Program-made: the position numbers and the translations under genes | The notes under the pieces: generated by a model | Seen by the model: the letters and a program-made list of their open reading frames with translations, nothing else | Told to the model about the DNA's origin: nothing | Database searches by the model: none | NCBI GenBank assembly: GCA_050942955.1 | Contig: JBMNOG010000006.1 | Location: 932 to 64,931, forward strand | Length of the DNA stretch: 64,000 nt | Reading direction: 5' to 3' | Source: Patescibacteria group bacterium | GTDB taxonomy: Bacteria > Patescibacteriota > Microgenomatia > UBA1400 > UBA1449 | In this document: positions 10,232 through 19,846 of the stretch, one piece after another | How the letters are laid out: the number at the start of each line of letters is the position of its first letter | Numbering within the stretch: position 1 is the stretch's first letter

Positions 10232-11590
10232 TTAGTGTGAAGGAGAATACAAGAGACGGTGGCTGTTTTGGTGGACTGTCTTTTCCCAGGTATATTTACC
10301 TAGAGTAAGACGCACAAGCGCCCTTAGAGATGAAATAAAGAGCATTAGTTGGTACGGGAAAAATGTCAAAACAGTCGTTATAAAAACACCTAAAGGAAAG
10401 CGCAGGTTGTAGTACTTGCGAAGATCATACAATCCCAAGGCGTACATACCCAACTGCATTACTAAAAAGTACGCAGGCAGATATGAAAGTAACGCCAAAC
10501 CAACCGGAACCTGCAAAAATCTAGTCATAAGGGGTAGAAGCACCATAGCTACAAAACTGACATGCCTAAAAAGGGGTTGGGTTAGAATGTACAAACTCAG
10601 GTACTGCTGCTTTAGACTCTTAAACTTCAGCCACTGGCCTTTGAAAAGAATTTGTAAGTACCCGAAATCCCAACGGGAACGCTGCTTAATGAAAGCCAGT
10701 TCATCAACTGGAGTCTCTTCCAGAGTAGACAAATTTTCTTCGTATATAACACCAGTCTTAAAGTTGTGGTTAGATAGTCTGACCCCGATATCAGCATCTT
10801 CTGTTAGACACCCCTCGTCCCACTTCCCTACTGTTAGCAATGCCTCTTTTTTGATAAACACAGAGTTACCACCAAGGAAAGTAGTTTTATTTTTTGCCAT
10901 CATAGGCAGAACTGACTTGTACCAGAAGTAATACTCCAAACAGTTAATAGCTGAAAACCAGGTAGAGCCTACGTTAATAAGCTGGACCCCGGCCTGAACA
11001 ATACTAAGCTCGGTATCAGCAGCAAAAGCTTCAGATACGTGGGTTAAGATATCAGGATGAGGCTCGTCTTCAGCATCAAAGACAGCCACAATCTCGTGTT
11101 TAGCAAAGTGAGCGCCGATGTTTAAGCTGTAGGATTTAGTATTAGCTTCTCCGTCAATAGTAATGAGCCTGAAGTTATCGCGGTTTATTTGCGCTAATGC
11201 TTCTTCAGTTTTTGCAAGTGTTGCAGCATCATCTGCCCTTACTACTACCAAGACTTCATACATAGTTTTAGGGTATGAGATCCGGGACATAGCCTTAAGC
11301 GTGTCGGCAATAACTTTTTCCTCATTTCTGGCAGGAACAATCAGAGAAAACGTATAACTACCTTTTCCTGGCAAAATGTGTTTTTTGGCTTTAAGGCCTA
11401 ATAGTCTGCCGCTTTCTAAAAAGGTATATAACATTGAGTAGGTCGATAATGCTCCCTGACCGGTAAGAAGCAGTGTCAAAGCTAAAAGAATTGTGGATAT
11501 CAAAGGCAACTGAAACCAGACGGCCACGTAAAGGAAAAGGCTTAACGCCCAAAGAGGAAAGAATAGTAGTGCTAGTTTTTGTATATTCAT
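10232..11590 (-). CDS. Processive family-2 glycosyltransferase (polysaccharide synthase, cellulose/chitin-synthase-like).
   Basis: TM helices flank a GT-A domain with DXD (VFDAEDEPHPD), a TED motif (CLTEDAD) and the QxxRW processivity motif (QRSRWDFG). Confidence 0.75.
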   Translation of the reverse strand: MNIQKLALLFFPLWALSLFLYVAVWFQLPLISTILLALTLLLTGQGALSTYSMLYTFLESGRLLGLKAKKHILPGKGSYTFSLIVPARNEEKVIADTLKAMSRISYPKTMYEVLVVVRADDAATLAKTEEALAQINRDNFRLITIDGEANTKSYSLNIGAHFAKHEIVAVFDAEDEPHPDILTHVSEAFAADTELSIVQAGVQLINVGSTWFSAINCLEYYFWYKSVLPMMAKNKTTFLGGNSVFIKKEALLTVGKWDEGCLTEDADIGVRLSNHNFKTGVIYEENLSTLEETPVDELAFIKQRSRWDFGYLQILFKGQWLKFKSLKQQYLSLYILTQPLFRHVSFVAMVLLPLMTRFLQVPVGLALLSYLPAYFLVMQLGMYALGLYDLRKYYNLRFPLGVFITTVLTFFPYQLMLFISSLRALVRLTLGKYTWEKTVHQNSHRLLYSPSH

Positions 11591-11865
11591 TACATTTTGG
11601 GCAGCTATGCAAAAGCTGCCCCTATGGTATTTTTTGCTTCCCTAAATCCTCAAATTTTAAGTTTAAGAACTTAGGAAAACGTGAGAAACCGAACCAAACC
11701 AAAGACATGAACAAATCAATACCCTAAGGTATCAATAGGTTCAAGCTATAGCTTGATCACGTTTGTTTTCCCTCATCTAAAAGATGAGAAGCAGGGCCCC
11801 GTTATTGGGGAGCGCCATTCGGCGGGGCCCTGCTGTTAGACCGGGTGTTTCGCAGGTGACTTACG

Positions 11866-13020
11866 TCACTTGCGAAAAAGATGGATCAATTCCACCCGGT
11901 TGACCTCACGCTCAGTCTCGAGAACGTTCTTGACGTTGAGCCACCAGGGCGCGAACGCGAACGAGTCACGAGCCTGCGACAAGGTCATGTAGTCCGAAAC
12001 TGTGACCGTAGTGCCAGCCGGCTCACCTCTCCAGGGATCATCCCCAGGGAGGTCGTTCTCGTAGAGGACAAGGTTGTCCCCCTCAAGCTTGATCCAGGAT
12101 AGCTTCCAGAAGAAGTTACCGGGGATCTTATAGATCCTCCAGTCGGCTCCCGTCCAGACAGCGACGTATTGCACGCCATCGTTGGCGAGCTCGAACCCGG
12201 ACGGAAGGCTGTACGTGGTCTCGAACTTGGGCGAACGATCGAGCAAGAGCGCATAGGGGAACTGAAGGTTCAGTCCCTTTTTGAGCTCGTCGAGTTCGAC
12301 CGCGATCACGTACTCGATAGTGGCTGGGTAGCCGCTATCTACTTCCTTCTTGGCCTCGTCGACCTGCCTGCCTCCGAGGAGGTAGGCGACTGCGACACTC
12401 TCGGTCGTTTCGGTCTCCTCACCCACAGATGCGGGCTTGGGGGTAGACTGCGCCAGGGGATTGGCTTCGAGTGCAGTGATTCTGCGATCGAGAGAGTTAA
12501 GTCCCTCGTTCACATCCTCACGCATCCCCTGGATCGCTACAAGCACCGGATCAGGCGTAGGCGTACTCCCGTTGGTCCTAAGACCATTGGTTACAGCCTC
12601 GACCGAACCAGCCATCTGCCCCCACGGGACAATCCCGATGAGGACACAGATCAGGATGGCACCGATCACGGATAGAGAGATGGATGAAACCACTCTCCAG
12701 AACCGAGAAGGATACCATCCCCAGGGCCGCGACACAAAGAACAGAGCGATCGCACCACCGATGGCCAAGATGACTGCTAGGATGGTTAGCCATCTTGGCC
12801 ATATCACGAGCGCGGCGAGCGCGGCGAGTCCCCAAGCCAACAAACCGGCAGGGGCCAGACAGATAGTCATGAGCAGCAACCGTTTCCAGTTGCTATGGCT
12901 ACCATTCCCCAACCACGGCCATGGGTGCACACCACTGGCAAGAGTCCGCACGGCAAGATTCTGCCATGCGAATGCGGTTAGACCGAACAGTAGTACCACG
13001 GTGAACAACACGAGTTCCAT
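11866..13020 (-). CDS. Hypothetical membrane protein (4 N-terminal TM helices plus a C-terminal extracytoplasmic domain), encoded in a GC-rich island.
   Basis: 384-aa ORF. Local GC is about 58-60% against about 40% in flanking DNA. The gene has its own upstream palindrome and a GC-rich downstream hairpin. Confidence 0.6.
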   Translation of the reverse strand: MELVLFTVVLLFGLTAFAWQNLAVRTLASGVHPWPWLGNGSHSNWKRLLLMTICLAPAGLLAWGLAALAALVIWPRWLTILAVILAIGGAIALFFVSRPWGWYPSRFWRVVSSISLSVIGAILICVLIGIVPWGQMAGSVEAVTNGLRTNGSTPTPDPVLVAIQGMREDVNEGLNSLDRRITALEANPLAQSTPKPASVGEETETTESVAVAYLLGGRQVDEAKKEVDSGYPATIEYVIAVELDELKKGLNLQFPYALLLDRSPKFETTYSLPSGFELANDGVQYVAVWTGADWRIYKIPGNFFWKLSWIKLEGDNLVLYENDLPGDDPWRGEPAGTTVTVSDYMTLSQARDSFAFAPWWLNVKNVLETEREVNRVELIHLFRK

Positions 13021-13227
13021 GATTTGCCTCCTAAGGCAACTATATGCTCATCCTCTCAGCTCCCCATGAGTGAATGGCAATCGAAAACGGAATGTTTTTT
13101 CTCACTTTTATATGTAGCTTGTTTAGTTGGATAAGCTAATGAGTAAAATAAATACACTTCCGTTTCCCGTTGCCACCCACACGCAGGAAGCATTAAAGGT
13201 TTGGAGGCTTTTTGGAAAACAATTTGT

Positions 13228-13248
13228 TGCATTGCAAATTGCAATGCA
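13228..13248. promoter_or_regulatory. Perfect 10-1-10 palindrome (candidate operator) upstream of the GC-island gene.
   Basis: TGCATTGCAAATTGCAATGCA, about 210 bp upstream of the ATG at 13020 in a 580-bp non-coding region. Confidence 0.4.
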
Positions 13249-13648
13249 CGGTTTCTCACTTGTTAAAGAGCCTCCTGGCTATTGCCAGGAACTCTTAACC
13301 CCGTATTTTTGCGAAAGCGAACACAGCGTATGTGTGAGCGCTTCGAAAAATATATGTGGGTTAAAGAGCGCAGAGTTCTTTATTTCAAGCGCGCGTTGCG
13401 CTTACAAAAAACGCTGCCCATTCTCCCAACGTTTGTCGGGAGAGGCCAAGGGAAAACCCAGCTGGGCTTGCTTTAGTATTCCCCTTGCCTCTTCCAACAA
13501 AAAAAAGGCGGCTGCTTTAGCAGGTGCCTTTACCTTTATTTCAAACGTATTTTTTATTCCTGTCCTACTAAAGCTGCGCGTACTATAGCACATGTTATAG
13601 GACTTGTCAAATTATAGGATAACTGAGAAAGATGTAAGCTATTATGCT

Positions 13649-15124
13649 CTATTTATAGAAGTAAATATCATCAAGATATATAGTCATTATAGGATTATTA
13701 CTATTATTACCCACTAACACCCCTTTTACTTTATGTATACTTTCCAAGCCAAAGTTAGCGAGCGGCACAGCAACTGTAGTCCATGTAGTTTCTGGATTTT
13801 TGTCAGACAGGTAGTCAGAAAGCTGCAATTCACTGGACATAGTGTCAATATCAGTCTTAAGGCGAATATTGAGCATATCTATAGCTTCTTTATTTACTCT
13901 TAAACAAATTCCTGCAAACTGAGTTACATCCGCAGCTTTGTCGGTCTGCAGAAAAACTGCACCCTTTGGTTTCATTTCAGCTTTTATAACCTTATTCTCT
14001 TGCCCGGCTATAAACTGAAGATCAATCTCACTTTCCCAACTGTAATCCAGGAAGCCGTTCTCCAAAAAATCGGAATAAATATATAGTTCTTGGTCACTAC
14101 TAGAAAAACTTTGACCAGCTCCTTTGGGAATTTTCTGTTTGGATAATAAGGCATTTTGTACAATCTTTCCGTACGAGCTAGGGATAAACTGTTTTTCATC
14201 AGCTAAAAGGCAGGGGCATCCCTGGGCAGAAAAGTTCCAGGCAGTCCAGCCAATTCCTTCTTCCTGGGCATAGGCAATGAGGTCAGTAACTGACTCTTCT
14301 GACATAGGTGGATAACCGCCAGCTCCAAATTCTCCTAAAAACACCGGGTACTCCTGGGCAATAAGACCAAACAAGCCTTCAAACTCTCCTGATTTATTGT
14401 AAGGGTTTGACCGGTAGACAATGTTTTTGTATGGAAGAGGGTCTTCCAACCAGGGATTAATGAACCTTCCCCATCCAAGGCCGCTGACAAAAATAAGCGA
14501 ACGGGGGTTTTCTGCCCTCACTACCTCAATAAGCTGAATGTAGGCTTCTCTTAGCTGTTGCATAGTAACTCCCCGCGGCTCTGCCAGTAAGTCATAGAGG
14601 ATTAGGGGGTCATCTTTGTAACGCCTGGCAATCGCCGCCCACATAGCAACTGTCCCTTGGTCCGGCATAGGCTGGTTATCGTGAATCCAAGGGTGGAGAA
14701 TCACATAAACACCTTGCTTCCGGACAGGTTCGATAATTTCCCTTTCCATTTTGTCAAAAAAAGCTTCTGGATCTTCTTCAAATTCATCCTGAAAAACTCG
14801 GGTTCTGATAACATTAGCCTTCCACTGGGTAATAGCATAGGTAACCGCTTTACTGTTCCAATTATCCGTTCCCCAGTTAATGCTACTAACATTTACCCCT
14901 CTAAGCAACACCATATCTCCTGTTTCGTTAGTGATAAAAGGTCCACTGGTAGAGAGCCACTGCACTGGCGGTGGCCCCAGCTTAAGTGCTTTTTCTACAG
15001 GATTGGTAATCTTTTGGTTTACTATTCTTTGCCACACGTGAGAGCTACCGATTTTATAGATAAAAGGAGATACAAGAATTATTAGAGAAATGACAATTAA
15101 TAGATTAGACCGAAAACGGCGCAT
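13649..15124 (-). CDS. GH5 family endoglucanase/cellulase-like hydrolase, membrane anchored, with an extra C-terminal beta-rich domain.
   Basis: GH5 nucleophile motif FLGEFGAGG, an acid/base-region LLAEPRG (unusual AEP where NEP is expected), an N-terminal TM segment and a C-terminal domain of about 150 aa. Confidence 0.65.
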   Translation of the reverse strand: MRRFRSNLLIVISLIILVSPFIYKIGSSHVWQRIVNQKITNPVEKALKLGPPPVQWLSTSGPFITNETGDMVLLRGVNVSSINWGTDNWNSKAVTYAITQWKANVIRTRVFQDEFEEDPEAFFDKMEREIIEPVRKQGVYVILHPWIHDNQPMPDQGTVAMWAAIARRYKDDPLILYDLLAEPRGVTMQQLREAYIQLIEVVRAENPRSLIFVSGLGWGRFINPWLEDPLPYKNIVYRSNPYNKSGEFEGLFGLIAQEYPVFLGEFGAGGYPPMSEESVTDLIAYAQEEGIGWTAWNFSAQGCPCLLADEKQFIPSSYGKIVQNALLSKQKIPKGAGQSFSSSDQELYIYSDFLENGFLDYSWESEIDLQFIAGQENKVIKAEMKPKGAVFLQTDKAADVTQFAGICLRVNKEAIDMLNIRLKTDIDTMSSELQLSDYLSDKNPETTWTTVAVPLANFGLESIHKVKGVLVGNNSNNPIMTIYLDDIYFYK

Positions 15125-15135
15125 ACGTACTCCAA

Positions 15136-16464
15136 CTAATGTTTTCGCCTGAGAAATAAGGCTTTGACTCCATTATAAATTGATTCTCCACTCTTTACTA
15201 ACCCGTAAGCTTCAACTATTCCAATAAGAGGAATGATCGGCAAAAAGTAGCGGTCAAACGCCACTGTTAGGTATAAGGCTAAAAACAGAACAGTCCCCGC
15301 AAACCACCAGAGAAAGTAAAGGCTTTTCTTCTCTCTTTTAAGGACTTGGATTAGCAAAAAGCTACTGCCTAAAATAAACAGTAGCACATCAATACCATCT
15401 GGTAGCCAGGGTAAAAACCTCTGGTTATGGTTAGCAGGAAGCAGAGTTTCCTCGGCTATTCCCAAAATACGGTCAAAGGGTGATGTATAGGCTAGGCTAG
15501 GTACACTTTGCTGCATATTTAAAGCAACCTGGCTACGCCAGGAAAGCATTTTGAGCGTGTTTTGGATTGGATTTTCCCAGACAAAAGGATTTAAAGCTGT
15601 AAAAACAATAAAAGCCGTAAGGTACATCACCAAAATAGGGACAAAAGCCTCCTTTACTATTTTGGAATTCCTTTTTCTTTGAAACCACGGGATAGCAAGC
15701 ATCCAGATAGAGCCTAGTATTGCTGTCATAGCAGCGTTAAGTTTAATACTGGTAGCACAACCAATCCATATGCCTAAAAATGTACTAAAACTGATAGTAA
15801 TCCAGAAATTTTTTCTAGGCTTATTTGCAAAAAAGGCAAAAAGGAGGAAGTTTATCATCATAAAAAAGATAAGCATACTGTCAGCCATAGCTTGCCTTCC
15901 CCCACTCTGAAGCAACCGGTGCTGGGCAAGCAAAAGAAAGCTGGCAAACCCTGTTACATACCCTCCTACATAGTTACCCATAAAAAAAATAGCTACTAAC
16001 AGAGCAAGGGTAAAAACTACCCCAAAGTATCGATTAATAACAATCACCTTATAAGCGTCTTGGTATTTCTCAGGAATAAATTGGTATTGAGGAGTGTGAG
16101 CCTGGTATTTTACCCACCATTGACTGGGAGAGTACTCTGAAAATAAAGAGTATGAGGCTAAATTCTCCTGAAAACCGGTTTCTGCAAAGACTTGTTGAGG
16201 ACTTTTCTGATAATAAAGAGACGTCCAGGCACCGTAAAGATATTCTCCTAGTTTTGGCTGATCATATGAGTGATAGCTTTTCCAAGCAGTATGAGAGAAA
16301 TCTTTCTCGAGGAAATACTTCTGAAAGAAGATGCCCCCTCTTTCAATCCAGGCATACTCGTCTTCATGAAGCGATTGATTAGGAAGATCTTGATAATACA
16401 CAAAAGCAACAACCGTAAAACAGAGAATAAACAGCAGGGTTTTAGCAATAGTAGGCCAACGCAT
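15136..16464 (-). CDS. Polytopic membrane protein, putative GT-C-like glycosyltransferase.
   Basis: 442-aa protein with 10 or more predicted TM helices and aromatic-rich loops, located in the glycan cluster. Confidence 0.45.
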   Translation of the reverse strand: MRWPTIAKTLLFILCFTVVAFVYYQDLPNQSLHEDEYAWIERGGIFFQKYFLEKDFSHTAWKSYHSYDQPKLGEYLYGAWTSLYYQKSPQQVFAETGFQENLASYSLFSEYSPSQWWVKYQAHTPQYQFIPEKYQDAYKVIVINRYFGVVFTLALLVAIFFMGNYVGGYVTGFASFLLLAQHRLLQSGGRQAMADSMLIFFMMINFLLFAFFANKPRKNFWITISFSTFLGIWIGCATSIKLNAAMTAILGSIWMLAIPWFQRKRNSKIVKEAFVPILVMYLTAFIVFTALNPFVWENPIQNTLKMLSWRSQVALNMQQSVPSLAYTSPFDRILGIAEETLLPANHNQRFLPWLPDGIDVLLFILGSSFLLIQVLKREKKSLYFLWWFAGTVLFLALYLTVAFDRYFLPIIPLIGIVEAYGLVKSGESIYNGVKALFLRRKH

Positions 16465-16503
16465 ACTTAAACTATAGCCTATTTTTACCTATAGAGGAAA
16501 GTT

Positions 16504-19500
16504 CTACAAAATTGAAACCTGCTTTCTCTTAAGAAACAACATTACCCCACCCCATCCAAAAAGCAATCCAAACCCAAAATATTCAAGCAGTTGCGGCCAG
16601 AAGAAAAAGTAAGCCTTGGTGGCACCCGTGGGTAACTTCCAGCCATTGGCCCAGTTATTGATCTTAAGATGGGTTAGTGTTCTTGGAAAAAAACTGACTT
16701 TCCCCACCCCTATCCAGCCCGGATTATATGCCTGGTAAAGGACAGCTGTAGTTTCCTTCCTGAGTGTGTTTTCCAGAGCCACTCCATAAAACCAAGGGGT
16801 ATAGTGCTTTACTGAAAAGCCAGTAACTGGTTTAGCTCGGGGTATATCGTTTTTTGTCACCAGTTTCAGGCTTTTTATGAAATTGTAAGGAAACGACCAA
16901 ATTGTCAAATTTCTAAGCCTGTTACGACTCTCTTCCCTCCCATATGAAACAGAATCAAGGTAAACAGTGTATCCTTCCCCTAGGTCGTTAGATGGAAGCA
17001 GAACAAGCCAGTTACTGGCGTAGCGTCTACTACTACCTAGAGTTGTTTCCAGCTCAGTTCTGTCTGTAATTGGGTTTTGCAAGCCGACTTTAAAGGGTAA
17101 ACCTGAAAAGTTGTTAGTTTCCAGCTTTATTAAATAACCCTGATTGTGAGGAGTGTTATCGAGATAGAAATAGTCACAGGCAGAGGCCCTGTTGCTTGCC
17201 CAGTATTCGATAACCTCTCTCCCCTGATCTACCAACAGCTTTCTCTCATATAAACCAGATGAGTTGCGGCAGTTTCTGGGGGGCTGGGTTTTGAAGCTGT
17301 CGATTTCTATAAGATTGGTACCAAACAGAGCAGAAACAACTTTGGGTAAAATAATTGAAACAGAGGTAGAACTAGAACCTCCTCGATTAGAAGACTTCGT
17401 ATACTCAAAATCTTGTCTGATTAGTTGGGGATCTACTTCTATCTTACTAACGTAGCTGCTAGGATCTTCTGAATATAATCCTATAACAGTGGTGGTGTCA
17501 CTAGGAAAAAGAGTGAATATCTCCTCATATCGGTTAATATCTACCCCTTCACCACCGTTAGTGCTCAGGTAACAGAGATTAGAACAGGTTTCTTTTGACA
17601 GAGTAATCCTTTGGGTAGGTTTGGCTTCATATATCTGGTTTCCAACTGTAACTTGGGGCAGAAGATATGTGAGAGTCAGTTCAAGCATCCGGGAAGGCAT
17701 TTTCTGCCAGGAAATTTTTACAGGTACCTGTTTTTCTAGATTAAGAATATTGGGAATATCTACCTCGTATGTTTCTGGTACGTTCTTGATGGAATTTTTG
17801 ATAGCAACAGTGTCTTTTTCCTCTGTAAGGTCGAACTCCTTATCGTTTTGGAGGTGGTTGGTAAATAAAGATGGAAAAAGGTACGTTACCTCACTGTTCT
17901 TACCTGAATCGCTGAACTGATACAGGCCATAATCTCTAAACCCCTGGTCTTCCCAGGAAAAACGGAAGTCATATGCAATATTTGGTACATCTGTATAAAG
18001 GCTAACAAAATTTTGGGTTTCAGGCTGATTTACTCTGTAAAGCCATAAAAATCCAAACTGTCTAGCTAAAACTAAGCCTGGAGCCTCTTCAAGAAACTGG
18101 CGCAACTCCTCATGGCTGCCCTCTTTTGAGGAGTAGCGGTTAGTAACAGAGGTATCAAGGAGCACCCAACCGATGTTGTACTTGGCAAAAATTGCCCCCA
18201 GGGCTTCATGGGAGCCATCGTTAAGTGCAGTTTTCAGTTCCCAGTAGTATTGCTCATTTTCCCTGCTCCAAGGGTCAAAAGTCCTATCTAAGATGGGTTG
18301 CTCAATGCCATACCATAAAAACCCAGACCCCCTGTACCCTCCCCCATAAGACTTAGGCCAGTTATGCCACTGCCACCCCCAGAAAGACGTCTGGGGAAAG
18401 TTGGCAATTCGGGTTTGCTTATCCTGGGTTTTTAGGTAAGCAAACAAGTCAAAGTATTCCTGGGGTACGTGCTGTTTTACTCTTGTATAAATCAGTTGCC
18501 CTTCAAATATGGGTAAAGCTAGAAGCACCAGTCCTCCAATAGCAGCTGCCAGCAGTCCCCAAGCTAGTAGAAGACTTTTTCCTTTGAGGTAAAACCATTC
18601 CATCACCCAGAACACACCAAAACCTACAAAAATTGAGTAGCTGAAACTGGCAGGAACCACCCACTTTGTAAATAGCGACCTGAATATCTGTGAAAAAAGC
18701 GGGATAACCTGAAGAAGTCTAACAATAAACCCTGTAGGCGGGTTTTCTCCTATAAGCATTACAAAGGAAACTATGAGAATGCTTAACAGACTCCATCTCC
18801 AGAGTAAATTGCTTCTAAAACTGTAGATAACTCCCAGAATTACGAAAGTAAAGAAAAGATAACCAAAAGCTAAAGGAATGGGGTTTTGTAAGTGCTGTCT
18901 CCAGGGTTGAACTAGATACACTAACTGGTCTTCTTCATTAAAGTCGGGGTAATCAAACCAGAAACCTCTCAAAAGCGCTACATCCACAAATCTTCCAAAG
19001 GCATTGTTCCGCAGCCTTGTTTCTTCTGTTGAGAGCTGGTTTATCTTAGCTTGCTTAGTAACTGAAGCACTTGTAAACGTAAAAAACACTACCGGAAAGA
19101 GCCAGAAAGCATTAACCGCTAGAAGTGTTACTAGTGCATCAAAAACGATTTTGAGGTGCGTTTGAACTGCCGACTTGTGGCTGCTGATATTTTTCAAGAG
19201 GTAATCGACCAGAAAAACAGTTACTACTACTGCATACACGATAAAAACAGTCTGAACGTAAAAAGAAGGGGTCATGAGAAAGCCAACTAGCCCAAACAAG
19301 GTCAGGTTCTTCAGTTTCCTCCTCTCAAGGTAACGCCTAAGGGAATATATTCCCCAAGGCAAAAATCCAAAGAACGTAGAAAATGGCTCAAAAGGGACGT
19401 AAAAGTTCTGAACTGTCCCCAAGTTAAGAAAGTAGAACAGCGCCCCTACCAAGCCCGCCCACTTTCCAAAAAACTTGTTTTTAAGAAAAGAAGATAGCAG

Positions 19501-19833
19501 GAAAAATATTCCCAGAGAACCAAGAAGGAGCATTCCCAGATGCCAAGCGTAACGCAGAACCGAAACTGGAAACAGTAGGCTCATACCCCAAAGAATAAGC
19601 TGGCGGACAAGGTCAGCCGCGTGCCCCATACCGCCTAAAAGCCCCACACCCTGATACTCCTGCCAGACAGCATGTAAAGAGCGGCTCAGGTTAAGAGGAA
19701 AATTAAACTCAGGATGGAGATTGTCCCAACCAGTAAGGAAAGTTCCCGGAGTGTAATTTGCAACTACAACTATAAACCACACCAGTAAAAGCAGTATCAG
19801 CGGGACATGACTTTTAATTTTAGAGAAAAACAT
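16504..19833 (-). CDS. Large (1109 aa) integral membrane protein with an extracytoplasmic C-terminal half; putative GT-C arabinosyl/mannosyl-transferase-like envelope glycosyltransferase.
   Basis: About 15 N-terminal TM helices followed by a roughly 600-aa soluble region. It lies between the GH5 and GT2 genes. Confidence 0.45.
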   Translation of the reverse strand: MFFSKIKSHVPLILLLLVWFIVVVANYTPGTFLTGWDNLHPEFNFPLNLSRSLHAVWQEYQGVGLLGGMGHAADLVRQLILWGMSLLFPVSVLRYAWHLGMLLLGSLGIFFLLSSFLKNKFFGKWAGLVGALFYFLNLGTVQNFYVPFEPFSTFFGFLPWGIYSLRRYLERRKLKNLTLFGLVGFLMTPSFYVQTVFIVYAVVVTVFLVDYLLKNISSHKSAVQTHLKIVFDALVTLLAVNAFWLFPVVFFTFTSASVTKQAKINQLSTEETRLRNNAFGRFVDVALLRGFWFDYPDFNEEDQLVYLVQPWRQHLQNPIPLAFGYLFFTFVILGVIYSFRSNLLWRWSLLSILIVSFVMLIGENPPTGFIVRLLQVIPLFSQIFRSLFTKWVVPASFSYSIFVGFGVFWVMEWFYLKGKSLLLAWGLLAAAIGGLVLLALPIFEGQLIYTRVKQHVPQEYFDLFAYLKTQDKQTRIANFPQTSFWGWQWHNWPKSYGGGYRGSGFLWYGIEQPILDRTFDPWSRENEQYYWELKTALNDGSHEALGAIFAKYNIGWVLLDTSVTNRYSSKEGSHEELRQFLEEAPGLVLARQFGFLWLYRVNQPETQNFVSLYTDVPNIAYDFRFSWEDQGFRDYGLYQFSDSGKNSEVTYLFPSLFTNHLQNDKEFDLTEEKDTVAIKNSIKNVPETYEVDIPNILNLEKQVPVKISWQKMPSRMLELTLTYLLPQVTVGNQIYEAKPTQRITLSKETCSNLCYLSTNGGEGVDINRYEEIFTLFPSDTTTVIGLYSEDPSSYVSKIEVDPQLIRQDFEYTKSSNRGGSSSTSVSIILPKVVSALFGTNLIEIDSFKTQPPRNCRNSSGLYERKLLVDQGREVIEYWASNRASACDYFYLDNTPHNQGYLIKLETNNFSGLPFKVGLQNPITDRTELETTLGSSRRYASNWLVLLPSNDLGEGYTVYLDSVSYGREESRNRLRNLTIWSFPYNFIKSLKLVTKNDIPRAKPVTGFSVKHYTPWFYGVALENTLRKETTAVLYQAYNPGWIGVGKVSFFPRTLTHLKINNWANGWKLPTGATKAYFFFWPQLLEYFGFGLLFGWGGVMLFLKRKQVSIL

Positions 19834-19846
19834 GTTAAAGCCTAGT

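Noticed and set aside
11881-13069. Multiple long ORFs on both strands (for example 12169-12675 +, 12437-13069 +, 11985-12254 -, 12578-12835 -) overlapping the 11866-13020 gene.
   Set aside because: High local GC suppresses stop codons in all frames. Only the 384-aa minus-strand frame has a start, TM topology and gene-like organisation. The others are compositional artefacts.
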